The position numbers were made by a program, and so were the translations under genes. DNA of 64,000 nucleotides from Laetmonice hystrix (lineage: Eukaryota), in assembly GCA_965235115.1 (NCBI GenBank), contig OZ249436.1:20338001-20402000 (forward strand), in the 5' to 3' direction. Shown piece after piece: positions 1 to 13,414 of this stretch (within the stretch, counting starts at the first letter, position 1; every line of letters starts with the position of its first letter). The notes under the pieces were generated by a model. The model was not told where the DNA came from. It made no database searches and saw only the letters and a list, made by a program, of their open reading frames with translations.

Positions 1-303
1 ACAGGCATAATGATGTCATACTCTGCACTGTTAAGCTGCCCCAATCGATAGACGTAATGATGCCATACTGTGCACTGTTAAGCTGCCCTAATCGACAGAC
101 ATAATGATGTCATACTGTGTACTGTTAAGCTGCCCTAATCGACAGGTTTATGATGTCATACTGTGCACTGTTAAGCTGCCCATTCGACAGGCATAATGGT
201 GTCATACTGTGCACTGTTAAGCTGCCCTATTCGACAGACATAATGATGTCATACTGTGCACTGTTAAGCTGCCCAAATCGACATACATAATGACGTCATA
301 CTA
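1..303. repeat. Minisatellite, ~47-bp unit (GACAGACATAATGATGTCATACTGTGCACTGTTAAGCTGCCCTAATC), ~6 copies, runs off window start
   Basis: Direct tandem repetition read from sequence. Confidence 0.95.
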
Positions 304-361
304 TAGTCAGTTTTTATTAGGTTCCTTTGTCTTGTCTTTTATCAGAAGTCGTCGAAGATAC

Positions 362-930
362 TTAAAGAGGCAGGCAAAGTTCCTCACAAACGTACTTTCA
401 CCAGTAACACCATGTGAAGTGTCTAAGGTCGCGCCGATAAGTTGAACACTGTCTAAGGCGACTTTTAAAAATACCGTATTGGTCATTCGCTATTTTCACA
501 CGCGTTACGCCGCCACTGGCTTTATGGGACACTCACTCACTCACTAACTACGACTGCACTACTGACTGTGTACTCTTACCGGTGACAGCAGATACCTTTT
601 TCTCTCTCTTCACACCCTTATTGGGGCATGTTAACAAATACAGAGTTTGTGTGCGGCTATCGTTTGCAACCCTCTCTGAAATCGTCAATGAATCTGTCGC
701 CATCATGGGCATGTTTCTGGTAAAAGTGGAATCGCAGTGGGACGTGAATAGCGGCACCCTGGCTGGGAATCTGCATGGTTCGTTCCGCCTGGCGGCCACA
801 TAACAATTCGTGGACAAGTAGGGCAGACAAGCAGACGAAGCCAGCGGGAGAATGCCTAGCTACATTTAAGTTGATTATTCCTTTATTAATGATCAGACCA
901 TCACAGGATTGTAGGTAGGAACAAGCTTGT
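362..930 (+). mobile_element. Interspersed repeat copy 1 (second copy at 28016-28577); begins TTAA|AGAGGCAGG, probable truncated TTAA-targeting DNA element
   Basis: Near-identical ~570-bp direct copy 27.6 kb away; both copies start at TTAA; no matching right TIR found. Confidence 0.7.
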
Positions 931-2327
931 TCATGCAGAACACCTTTATATTGATAGTTTGAACTTTTCCTGTAGGTTTAAACTGAATCTAAATAGACTG
1001 ATTTTTGTCCACGAAGAATGCGTTCAGTGCTTTCACTGTTTGACTATTGCGCAAGTAACGTCGAACAGGTTGGCTTTGCCTGTTTCCAACTCAACAAACT
1101 AAGAATTCTAGTGAATAAATTGACATTTTGTCGTGGCACGCCTTCTCCGGTTTTACATTATATTGATTAAATGAATTTATATTAATTTTAGTGTAAATTT
1201 AATTTGATCAGTTAGTAGTAGGGAAATTTGTCCATTTTCAATTATCGTTTTTGTAACACGAATAATGGCCCCCTTCTGTTATTTGTCGTAACTTCTGGCC
1301 GCAATAGTTCACACCGCCCCGTTTTCTCATGCTGAAAGTCGCGCTCTCTAAAATGGCCACATTTTTTGTAAAGCAGACTCAGTGATGAGACCTCCAGCCG
1401 GTCAGCCAGCAGTCGCTCGGTGTGAAATATGTACAGTGAGCAGAAGTCCTACAGTACCCGGTCATTTACCTTGGTTAGAGTACAATACAATTGTCAAAAG
1501 GACCCCTGACTTCACAACTGGGATGCCAAGTTTATGCATATTGCTGCTGTCCATATTGCACCGCACTGTCATAGCAAAATCTTGTTTTAGAAACTCCATG
1601 GCGCTTTCCAGATTAATTGGCAGAATCAGTTAAATGAGACTCAGAACGATCAGTTTTTATGCATGCATAGAAGCCTTTCTTAAAAGATTAAAACTGTTTT
1701 GCAATGGAAATAACATTACTTAATTATGTTTTCAACATAATTCCGTGTAATTTACATGTATTGATTATGCTCGTGTATAACATCCCATTGTCTCAAAAAA
1801 CTTTTGTTTTAGAAGCGCTAATCATATTACTTTTCCAGACTAATTAGAAGAATTAGATAAATTTGCATGTGCCTAGCTAGTCAGGCACTGTGCAAACATT
1901 AGATTTGTCTGGCTTTTTCAAACAGCCGTATTATGAGAAAGTGACACCCGGCCAGAAAATGGTAAGGAGGGCAAAGGCATAGCGTTAAGGCAGCTAGGGC
2001 AAAGGAACTCCTATAGCACACGAAAGGATGATACTCTGTGCAGAGGTCAAGTTTGAGAGGGGGAGTTTTCCTGAGGAACCCTATGAGTAGGTCTTTCCAA
2101 ATGTGTACGGGTCCATAAAGAATCATTCGAGGTATCAGGCCTACACGTAGCTAAGAGATGCGCGTTCTCGAATTTCAGATATCATCCATAATAGTTAATT
2201 CAACATAATTCCGTTCTACCCCATGGGGTGGGCATAAACTTATCGAACTGTGACGTTAAATATTTCAAAGACCCTATGTCACAATTCTGAAAATATACAG
2301 GAGTAAACACCTTGCTATTCTTACACC

Positions 2328-2527
2328 TGTTGAAATTTTCAAGTTGATATCTCAAATAGTCCTTACATGAGACAACAATTAAAAGTGTGTCCAATTGGCC
2401 ACCTGTTCAAGTCAAATTAGATAGGACATTATTACAACTGAGTGGACCAGAAATTTGTGAGACACCATTTTAATTTTTAGTCTCATCATGTAAGGACTAT
2501 TTGAAATATCAACTTGACAATTTCACA
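2328..2527. repeat. Inverted repeat (~46-bp arms), probable small MITE remnant
   Basis: TGTTGAAATTTTCAAGTTGATATCTCAAATAGTCCTTACATG at ~2328 is imperfectly complementary to CATGTAAGGACTATTTGAAATATCAACTTGACAATTTCACA ending ~2527. Confidence 0.7.
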
Positions 2528-4592
2528 ACATAGTCTCTTAAATGCGCTTTGGGCTTTCATCTCTTAAACTTAGAACTCGTGAACGTTTTCCTCGCCCTCC
2601 GCGTGACCTTACAGAAATCTAAATGTGCGATTAGCAGAATCTGTATTCGTTACCAATAAACAACATCACCTTTGCTGTTTAGTTCGACTAGATAAGCTCG
2701 TGCGCATATAGTAAAATTAATGTTATGTAGGCCTACATTGGTTCACGAGAAGTGGAAAGCTTCATGCGCAGGCCTATATATAGAGATATTAGGCCTACTT
2801 AATCCACCCCCACGTCTCAGAGGTGATAAATGTAGTTTCCATAAGACTTTTTAACGAACAAAAGATTTTACAAAGTGCGCTATATGCTGTACTTGTCAGT
2901 GCGGCTCAGCCCAAGCATTAATACATGTACTGGCACAATGCGTATACTAGCGAGTGACATGTCCAAGAAGGGCTTTACACCGTATTCGTATTCTAAATTT
3001 AATTAAATACTGCGCGTGACGTCACACCTTATATCTTGCTCACAGTGTGAATGAGGGAGACAACGGGACAACGTCGATGTCGGGGCGCTAGTACGGACGA
3101 ATCTTTATACCACTCCTATAACAATAGTCAAGTAGAATGCTGCTGTAAGGCGTCACATACGTTAATGTAGGAACCTTGTTCGTTTGTTTAATGGGGTTCT
3201 ACATGTCTCGACCAAATACTGCTTTCTCGGGGTAGACTCCAGTTCTAGTGATCGGGAGGCGAGACTCCCAGGCTACACAGTTAATATAATGCGTGGTATC
3301 ATCATTGTAAGATAAGTGGGGGGCGTACATGTACATGTATGTGGCGTGGATTGAAGAGGGGGGTCTTCTAGGGGCACCTGCCGTAGACCCTTTACCAAAT
3401 AGGCTGAACAAATAGGCCGTGTCCCCTATACATGAATCTACCCCATGAATGGAATTACTCGAACCCCCCCCCCCCCGACTACCCCTCCTGAATCCTCTAG
3501 GAGTCTAACGTACAACACGATTCGTGCATGGATAATAAAAAAAATAGTGCGCTGCTCGCGTAATGTAAATAGTGTGCATAATATGCTGCCGCCGGGAGAC
3601 TGTACAGTCAGAAACAACAATGATTTACGTAAGGCAGGGTGAAAACATCTGACCCCTGTCTCTGTCCTCCGAGCCTCTACAGAGAAGCAAGGATCGTGAT
3701 GATATAAGGGGAAGCATTGACTTAGAGTTCTATTATATATTTATCGTGTAGTGACTGGGTGAAACGTCAGTCCTGCACGGTACTGTCGTCCCGTGCCGTG
3801 GTTGTCATGTGCGTGTTCGTATCAATAACAGGACCTAAAAAAACGTACAGTACGCGGATGGTGCTCAGCAAAAGGGAAAGCCTATTTTTGGAATGCAGTC
3901 AGGATGTAAGGGCCGTTATTGCGATGTGATAATCAGAGGATCCTATGTCAGTTAATGGGAGACCCTACTTAAACTAATTATAATGACATCCAATGTTGAC
4001 AATTTTTCCTACACTTCTCCCAAACGCTTTCAACATCAAAAACGATATCATAGGTAATACGTGCCTTTTAACGGAGAAAAACGATAATCTGGACATATTA
4101 ACATGAAGTCGTGCACCTTCAACCCGTTGTTGCGCATTTAGACGCCTTCGAACTGGGATTAGGAACATAGTACGGGGTAATTCCTTATGTCACGTGATGC
4201 GCCCCTGGTCCTGGTTGAGGTTCTCAGCCGACACTTTTCATAGCTATAACAGAGAATGACGATCCTTCCTAATACTTATCGTAGGGGTAACGACTAAATT
4301 GTTCACCCTGATGCCATGTTCGAATCGGAAATTACCCATGTGCAGACCACACGTCCAAAGTCTCCCCTGCCTAGGATCTCAGCAAACCGATAAAAAATTC
4401 TACCCTCTCCTTCACGTTTCCTGCGTTTTTGAACTAAGTTGTGGCAGTGGATGAGGTACGCCCTGTGCGTGGCATGTTGCCTGGTCAACCGTTGCAGCAA
4501 GTAACGCGGATGAATGTCTGTTTACATTACAAGCATATGTTGGAGAATCCTCCCCCCTTCCCCGTGGGGCGAGAGCGGGACAATGCACAATA

Positions 4593-6104
4593 ATGGGGTC
4601 ATTGCACAAGATTGGCGACGGCTGTCGCCGTATGGCGACAGCTGTCGCCGTACGGCGACAGCCGTCGCCGGGTGGACGGCGATGGCGACAGCCGTCGCCG
4701 GGTGGACGGCGATGGCGACAGCCGTCGCCCTATGGCGACAGCCGTCGCGGTGTGGCGACAGCCGTCGCCGTATGGCGACACCCGTCGCCATATGGAGAGT
4801 CCATCAAGATTCAAGAGCACTGAAGGCACGAAGCATAGCTATGGTCCGGGGGCATGATCTCCCGGGAAAAGTGTGAAATTTCAGGTTATTTTGGTGATCA
4901 GAAGCGTTAGGCTTAAATGCTTAATCAACTTTTACGAACTGGGCCCTGATCTGCCATCTGGTGCTGGTTTCGGTCCATACCTGATCCCATAGGGTCCGTT
5001 TCGGTAGGGTTCCGTACTTTGACGGTCCGTTTCGGTCCCTTCCCTGGACCGAGGCGGTCCCATGGTGGGTCCATAAGGTATATCTCGGTCCCTTCTTTCT
5101 TTGTAGGGTCCGTTTCGGCCCATACTTGGTCCCCTAGGGTCCGTTTCGGTAGGGTTCCGTACTTTGACGGTCCGTTTCGGTCCCTGCCCTCTGGACCGAG
5201 GCGGTCCCATTGTGGGTCCATAAGGTATATCTCGATCCCTTCTTTCTTTGTAGGGTCCGTTTCGGCCCATACCTGGTCCCCTAGGGTCCGTTTCGGTAGG
5301 GTTCCGTACTTTGACGGTCCGTTTCGGTCCCTGCCCTGGACCGAGGCGGTCCCATTGTGGGTCCATATGATATATGTCGACCCCTTCTTTGTAGGGTCCG
5401 TTTCGTCCCATACCTGGTCCTCTAGGGTCCGTTTCGGTAGGGTTCCGTACTTTGACGGTCCGTTTCGGTCCCTTCCCTGGACCGAGGCGGTCCCATGGTG
5501 GGTCCATAAGGTATATCTCGGTCCCTTCTTTCTTTGTAGGGTCCGTTTCGGTCCATACCTGGTCCCCTAGGTCCGCTTCGGTAGGGTTCCGTACTTTGAC
5601 GGTCCGTTTCGGTCCCTGCCCTCTGGACCGAGGCGGTCCCATTGTGGGTCCATAAGGTATATCTCGATCCCTTCTTTCTTTGTAGGGTCCGTTTCGGCCC
5701 ATACCTGGTCCCCTAGGGTCCGTTTCGGTAGGTTTCCGTACTTTGACGGTCCGTTTCGGTCCCTTCCCTGGACCGAGGCGGTGGGTCCATAAGGTATATC
5801 TCGGTCCCTTCTTTCTTTGCAGGGTCCGCTGGGGGGTCTAAGGGCATCCACCCGAAAAGTTTTGATATTGACAGCCGTCGCCATCCCGCGACAGACGTCG
5901 CCGTTCCGCGACAGCCGTCGCCGTTCCGCGACAGCCGTCGCCGTTCCGCGACAGCCGTCGCCATCTCTACTTGTGCAATGCAACCCGTCGCCATCTCTAG
6001 TTGTGCAATGCAAGCTATCGCGGCCCATCTCGCCGTTCCGCGACCGTCGCGGAACGGCGATTTTGGCCGCGACAGCCGTCGCCAATCTTGTGCAATAGGC
6101 CCAT
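4593..6104. mobile_element. Non-autonomous TIR element with 20-bp subterminal repeats and an internal satellite
   Basis: ~36-bp TIRs: ATGGGGTCATTGCACAAGATTGGCGACGGCTGTCGC and GCGACAGCCGTCGCCAATCTTGTGCAATAGGCCCAT; TA on both flanks; GCGACAGCCGTCGC repeats at 4613-4790 and 5868-6083. Confidence 0.85.
4990..5830. repeat. Satellite, ~145-bp unit, ~5.7 copies, each with three GGTCCGTTTCGG subrepeats
   Basis: Unit starts at about 4990, 5135, 5282, 5423, 5568 and 5714. Confidence 0.95.
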
Positions 6105-6317
6105 TATGTGCTGTGGTTACGGTCGGGTTGTAAACAGTCGGACTTTTGGCGACCCGCACGAGCAAAAGAGTCCCAGGTTGCCACCCAGAAATCGCCGTTA
6201 TTATGAGTCATTCGCCGGGTATCAGGCCAGTTCCTTGTTAAATAAGTTCAAATGATATCGTTCGGCTCTAGGGAAGAACCAGCTTGTTAAAATAATCGCT
6301 TTATGTAATCGCTTTAA

Positions 6318-6979
6318 AGGAAGTATCTCACAATTTCAATTCATACGTGAGGTTTTACCCAAAAAGTATGTCTGCATTGTGGGTCCCCAATATGTCTAGG
6401 CTACATTGCGGGTCCCCGATATGTCTGCATTGCGGGTCCCCGATATGATCCAAACCTTCCCCACCTTTCTACGTGGACTTGACGGGCATTATGTAAAATA
6501 AATTCTAAAAGTCTCCAAATCTTATTTCAGCCACTGAAAATGACCTTCTTGGCTTCCGAGATGCCGGGAGTTGTTTTTCATATTGCTACGTACACGGCTA
6601 TCCAAATTAGAAGATTTTCTTAGTCAGAATTTGCAATAATATAGATACTTAAGCGAAAATAGATTTCGAATATTATCAGCGTTATTCTCGGAAAAATCAC
6701 GGATATTTTTTTTACAACATCTATAACTACATTCGGTGCGTACTGTTCCTGTACTCTGTAACACCACAACAACACAACGTTCAAACGATTCGCGACCTGC
6801 CAAAATGATGGGATCCATCGTGTTTGAGTGAACTCGAGCTATAGAAGTTCACAGCTGTCTACTCATAGCATGTGCTAACAGAATCAATATGAAAAACATT
6901 CAGTGCCATAAAGTTCGTTAGCGATGAGGTGAGCATAAATCTGAAGATTCCGGTCGACCCGGAGGGTGAGACCATTCCT
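6318..6979. mobile_element. TTAA-flanked non-autonomous DNA transposon (Kolobok-like termini)
   Basis: TTAA|AGGAAGTATCTCAC ... GTGAGACCATTCCT|TTAA; 11 of 14 TIR positions match. Confidence 0.7.
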
Positions 6980-7989
6980 TTAACAAAGAATCTTACAATG
7001 ACATGGTTAAACTGGCAAATATGAGAAGTATATGAATATAATGCTCATAGGCTGCCAACATTATGTTACCGACTAAATAGAAAATAATAGAACGAAAGAC
7101 TAGAATTCATTTTGTGTCAGGTTACAACCCATCCGGATTTAGACTGAGGCTCGAAACTAATGTACAAACTGCAAGGTTTGGGTTGTTGTTCACCAAATAT
7201 CCCATGGCCAGGAGACCGTCCTATTGTAATACTACGGACCGAGAAACAACAAAAGCTGAAGTATCGCGAACCAGATAATGACACTCAGGGGAAATACACA
7301 GAGGTCAAAGGGGCTTAAATATTTATTGCCTTAAATACGAAACAAATTTAGGGCCTGAGAGAAGCAGATATGGATTGACAGTGACTGGTAGGGAGGGAAA
7401 TCATTCCATGTGTGCCTACAGAACGCATATATTTCTCTTATCGATCACATGGTCAATCGGGAGATACCTCTCGTGCCATATGGGGGCGACGCTTTTAAGG
7501 TAAGAGGCCCGCGGTAGATTTTAGCAATTTCTCGCTAGAATAGTTGCATGTGTGACGGTCATTTGCTTCTCAATCCTTTTCCCAACGTTTTTTTTTTTAA
7601 ATTCCATATTTCCTGTAGGTTTCGACTGAAAACTCAGACTATGGAGAAACGTGATCCGATCAATATCCGGTAATATTATAAACCACTGAACGTTTCTTCA
7701 AGACATCTCTATCTAAAAAAGAATTTGTACCTTCAGCAAGGTTGTTTAGCTTTGTGTAACCTGGACGAGGAAAGATTGAAATATATTATGTGGTTGGCCA
7801 ATGACGTTTGAAATATTGAGATCCAGAGTGAAATATTTCATATGGTTGGCCAATGACCTCAATTGAAACACTGAGATTCAGAGTGAAATATTTGATATGG
7901 TTGGATGTAGACTCTACCGATATACTGTTTATATCTCAGCAAATTTAGGGACAAAGTGATTTCTGATTTCTATGCCCTCAGGCGAAATT

Positions 7990-8400
7990 AAATAGAACAT
8001 TCCAGACTTGGGGAGAACCCTCGTGCAAAAGGAACCGTCGGTGGGAAAGCTACTGTGCAGTGGGACCGATACAATACTGGGAATCGGATAAGGTCTTGAC
8101 TATAAAGATGCTGGTTTGTGGTTGAGATAGGCCTAAACGCTGAATAAGCAGATGGCCCCGAGCAGGTAGATCGTATAGACAGAGCACTCAAGAGATGTCC
8201 CTTACTTATTGCAGATACTCGGGTGTCAGTCTCAAGATTGCGTCTAGAACGGTCCATGTTTGCAGAGAGTAGCATATTTCTAAGACAAGGCGAATCACAG
8301 CGGCTCACATGCAACTTTAGTACCGGCAGCCTGGCGTCAAGAAGACGGAGGACAGTTGAGGCTCTCAGATGTAGACCTGATCCTCGAGAGGCTATTCAAA
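7990..8400 (-). mobile_element. Possible degenerate LINE (CR1/L2-like) ORF2 C-terminal fragment
   Basis: Open minus frame (..RLPVLKLHVSRCDSPCLRNML..RSRRNL..) loosely resembles the post-RT region of CR1-type LINEs; judged by eye only. Confidence 0.3.
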
Positions 8401-8709
8401 ACCTCTCTCAGTGTCGTGCTGGTCCTCAATGTTGATCCCAAGGGGACAAAGAGCCGGAACTCGGGCGTGCATGAAACGGAGTGTTAAAACACGTTCTATC
8501 CATGTTCTTGTCTTCACAATGATTATCAGGGGGTTTAATAGCTTTACAACTTTGCCTTTCTGGATCGATGTCGTTTATATTTAATCATATTTATCTTAAA
8601 GGCCCAATATATAAAGACGAGATAATTATAACATACCTTTCACACCTATCTATATGATGATCATGCATTTACCCATATGTGAGAAAAATGAAATAGTATA
8701 GGACTCCGA

Positions 8710-9070
8710 TATTACGACCTAATGACGTCACTAAGTTAATCGCGTTCGTTTCAGTGAACAATTTTTGTGGTGATCTCGTAATAACGACTTAGTGACGTCA
8801 TTAAGTGCTAATAACGAGTTAAAGACGTCTAATTGATTATCACTAAGTCGTAGTAACAAGTTAATGACGTCACCAAGTGGTAATTACGAGATCACCACAA
8901 CATTTCTTTTCTGTTAATCGAACGCGATTAACTTGTAATAGCGACTTAGTGACGTCATTAAGTCGTAATAACGCGTTAATGACGTCACTAAGTGGTAATT
9001 ACGAGATCACCACAAATTGTTTTCTCTCAAACGGATTGTTTTTTATTCATGTCCCCGACAGGGCTCCGTA
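8710..9070. mobile_element. Foldback/MITE remnant with repeated TGACGTCA motifs
   Basis: Inverted arms at ~8765-8803 and ~8975-9015; ends GGGCTCCGTA. Confidence 0.65.
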
Positions 9071-11583
9071 GAAACGTGCGAAACCAAGTATAGAATGTGT
9101 ATAAATTAACTGAACTATCTCACCATGAAGCATGATGTCAGGTGCAGGGGGCTGCACCCCGTCCCCCCCCCCCCCAACAAAAGCTTCCTACGCGCCTGGA
9201 TGTAGCATTTTCGTGAGATACTTGTTAGTACAACTATTCGATAGCCTGGAAATGCACACATATTATCAAACCTATTGTTATATTAAACACTGTTGTATTT
9301 GCTAAGAAACAAAGTCAGTCAAGAACCTAGCTTGTTACGACAGCCGCGCAAAAATTTCATAGTAGAATTGAGCCTACAAATTTTGAAATCCTTATTATTT
9401 CAGCCCTAATTTATCATTTTGATGGAGGTTGGTATGTTATTTTTAGTGGGTAATCTAATGTAAAGTTCAAACAAAGGTGTTTACTGAATGGCCCTGTTGC
9501 GCAGTATTAAGTTGACTGATGAAAGCTCAGAGCTCGATTTCCTGTCCGACAAACTCCTTCCTCTGGAGCACGCAGCATATTGGATGAAACCCGAGGAGGA
9601 AGGACAACGACACAATATGGATATTACATGCTCTTCCTCGTTTACATACTTTTTTCAGGGGGAGGGTTTGATAATAATGTGCCCCCCCCCCCCCACACAG
9701 CCCCCCCCCCCCCACACCCCCACACACACACTGTAGGCAGGGCCATGCACCCCGTTCCGACATTCCTACGTGTTCACATAACACGCTCCAACATCCTGTA
9801 GATTGCTGCGTCCTAGAAGCAAATCAGTTCCTTGTTTTCCTATGGCAGGAAGTGAGCGGACAGTTCATACAACATCCTCACATGAACCCTAAATGTGTAA
9901 TGACCCATAACTGTAATTCATTGCTTTATTACCTCTCCAGCCTGGCTTGTAGATTGTGGGCGTCAGCAATGTGCCTTGCTCTAACCTGGCGGGCCATCAC
10001 TGACAGCCAACGCCTGTATCTGGTCTCACTACTGATTACACGGCAACCGGTTGTCTCCACTCAGCAGTGTAATTATGATTTGCTGTCAATATTCGGGTTA
10101 GGAGAAGCTGCCCGATCCATTCCAGCCGCCAATCGACTGCTAACGAATGCCAGCAAATTCTCCGCCACCGCCATTTGCATAATTAATCCTTCATTGAAAC
10201 TTTTCCGGGCATGCATACTTGTTTTACAATGCTGAATCGGGAAAGGCAACATTACCTGTTCTCATACGAACCCGTAATTAAGTGAAGCTATGGTGGAAAT
10301 TCTTAATTGATTTAACTAGACACTGATGCATTTTGCTTCGAACAAATACCATCAGCGGGGATAATAGAATGAAGTCGGCTGACGAATTCGATCATTTCAA
10401 TCCGCAGAGGTAAGGGCTTCTATGTCACTGATATCATTAATCGTAGGGAAATCTTCTTCATATTCTTGAACTAGATACGGTTTTTACAATACTTTTTTAA
10501 AAAATAATTATCTCAGTTGAAATATTTTTCTCAGCTACACAGCATCAGGCCCGCGGGCTACCCACTCATTAGAAAACGCACGGATAATCTTGGTAACGAA
10601 CCATTGTGAACGCCTGCAGAGAATCCATGCCATCTTATATTAGTTGTTTTCCTGGCCACTCGTTCCAAACAATATCCAGTTATCAAACACTTCATTGTAA
10701 CAAACACGGTGGACAAACTCGAAACATGAATGTTTTTTAAATTTATCCGGATTACTAACGCTCAGAGCCTGACTGGAGAGGAGGGAACGCGTGTATTTCG
10801 GGCTGTTAACCACGCAGTCGAAGACAAATCCCTCTGCAATCGTTAACGGTGATACACTGGCCTGACGATATGTCCACAGCTCGCCCGTTGATTGACTCCG
10901 GGAGGCCAAACAATGTCAATGGTCGGTCAGGCGGTAATAACACCCAGATATGGGCATCGCTACATTACCAAACATGGCAGGAGAGGACAGGAGAAGGTAA
11001 GCTACCAGAAATGGAACTGGCGAGGCTGTATAATTAGGGATGACCGATTTTTCAATTTCACTTGCCGCCGGGCAAGTGCGCTATGGAAACCTACTTGCCC
11101 TTATTTAAGATTCCGACATACTGTCATGAGTTGGATATTAAAATATTGATGCACTTGCCCGGAGCTATACTACATGTGGTCCATTGGGCTTGCCCGGTCA
11201 TTCGATCCACTTGCCGCGGAGTCGTGATGAATGTCCTCGATTCGATAATCTGCAACTCTGCAAAATCAGTACATGTCTACCCAGCATGATATCCCGACTG
11301 GCCCAGCGTGACGCCCACCCACACCAATACACATCTGACCTCACATTTATCCCAACAGCTTGGTGCCAATAAAATTTGTTTGGATTGGGAAACATGCGGA
11401 TTAATGAATCATTTTAAATAGAAAATGGTAGAAAAGGTTACCAGAAAGTGTGTTCGGATTGTGAGGTAAACGGATTAAAGAAGCACGGATTAACGAGGTC
11501 GGGCTGTATTTTGATGCAGTATTTATCAGAAATGTGAGTGCGAATTTCAATACGCGATGAAATTCATTATCAAGTCAAAGAGG

Positions 11584-12040
11584 GCTTGTTTCGGCTGGAT
11601 AATGTCCGAACGGTTCGATATGTCCGATAGGCTATATGTCTGCAAACATCAGCTACTAACATTGTGTCCGGAGAATAGATATGGCCGCAAACATTAGCTA
11701 TAGAGTTGTCCGGTAGTCAAGGTATGTCCGCATATTTGTCCAGATTGTTCGGAAAGAGCAGCTAGATGTGTCCGGACAATGATGTGCGTCATCATCATGT
11801 GAATATGAATGTGGAGTATTATTATATGGTGTCGGGTTCCAGTAAGGACAGTGTGGGAGATGTGGTATAAATACACTGCTCGAGTGATTTGCTTTATGCT
11901 AATGCCGCTATGAAAACATAAATTACAAGAAGAATTTTGTTTTGTTTTGAATCACCGGACACATCTACCTGATATTGCGGACATAATATCCTATCGGACA
12001 TAATCTAGCCATTCGGACATAACTATAGCCGGAACAGGGT
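11584..12040. mobile_element. MITE with imperfect TIRs and TGTCCG/CGGACA subterminal repeats; partial copy at ~32385-32506
   Basis: Left CTTGTTTCGGCTGGATAATGTCCGAA; right TTCGGACATAACTATAGCCGGAACAGGG. Confidence 0.7.
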
Positions 12041-12850
12041 TTCTTTTTCTGTTACCCTTATTAAATGAATAACTCATGGCTAGTGCTCGTGAACCATGAA
12101 CCATGCAGCCACAGACACGTTTAATAACAACCACTGAAGCTCCATACACTTTGACTCTTCCAACTATAGCCATGACGTTTTCGATTATCATTGGCCCTTT
12201 ACACTAAAGGTCGTCGCCAAAATACGCCGTTGTTGTCATCGGCGTAAAATGGGTCCATGAAGGAGACGTGCGTACAACCTGGCCCCGTCAGAATGTTCCA
12301 TGTTGCCTCATGTAAGCTAAGTCCACCTGTGTATGCATGGTGAAATCACTGCGCAAACACGTCCTATACCCCTCCCCCATATCAATCTACTACTTCAGTT
12401 TAGCGAACATAATTACATTTCTTCTAAAGGGCTCTTGAAATTCGTGTTCTTTGATTCTGCCTAGCAGTAGATCTCCCAATGCGATGCGTTAATTTACGAC
12501 AATAAACCGATTTCCGGTTTTTAGTTATTACTGGGCAGCCTAGATCCCCAACATTGACACTGGAATTGACACCTAGTACTTGCTCAGAAGGCACTGCCCC
12601 CTGCGTATTGTGCCAGTTCACGGCCCTGAAGACTATATCCAGGGCTATATCCTGTCCTTCCCCTTTCCTCGGAGAGGGTATTCCCCCTACTTGATTCTTG
12701 TATAGAACCTCTTCCCCCATGGATGTGAAATCGCGCACATGACATGAGTGTATCGTATATAGTCAAAAGCCATTCTGCGACTTTCGGCGGGTTCTCTTCG
12801 GTAATGTTCGGCAGATTCCGGCGATTGAGAAACTCCTCTGGTACATTCTA

Positions 12851-13092
12851 CAGTGATCTGGAAAAACCTAGCAAGTCCACTTTACCTCATTTTGAGAAAA
12901 TTGGGACAAACAAACCATTCCTCCCATTGAGGTGCTGCAAACGCTAGGTTTTTCCAGGTCAAGAACTATGAATTGCGTAGAGTTCTGATCACTTGTATAG
13001 GACTATATGAAAGGGCAAAACCTAGCAAGTCCAAAAATGAGATAACTCAAATTGGACAAAAACTCGACTTACTAGGTTTTTCCAGATCACTG
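12851..13092. mobile_element. Tc1/mariner-type MITE (242 bp)
   Basis: TA|CAGTGATCTGGAAAAACCTAGCAAGTC ... GACTTACTAGGTTTTTCCAGATCACTG|TA. Confidence 0.9.
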
Positions 13093-13414
13093 TAGCATTA
13101 CGTTTCACCCCCTGAACAGGAGGAAACGAAGGCGCGCGGATTCTGCAGACAGTAAACAGTCTCAAATATAGTCCACTAGGGAATGTCTAATATTTTTCTT
13201 TCGTAAATTCCTATATTACATCGAATTTGAATTATGCTTCTTCTCCACTATAGTAAGATTTGCTAATGTTCAGGTACTGAAATTGAATTAATACGCTCGA
13301 GTACGTTTGAAGCCACCTGGCAACCTTCGGCAGGTGCTCGTCGGCATTTTCCGTCACCGGAATAGCCCGGATGAAGGTCTAAACGCACGCGAGAGGGAAG
13401 GCGTGCTACGCATT

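Noticed and set aside
548..817. Conserved-looking ORFs shared with 28099-28463
   Set aside because: The identity comes from a recent repeat copy, not coding constraint; no gene structure
4514..6255. ORFs of 120-256 aa
   Set aside because: Translations of MITE subterminal repeats and the 145-bp satellite
9488..10030. Minus-strand exon-like fragments (RRWLSVMARQVRARH..LER|VHVRMLYEL..)
   Set aside because: In-frame stops, an implied intron of only ~44 nt and no recognisable family; possibly TE-derived, but not supportable
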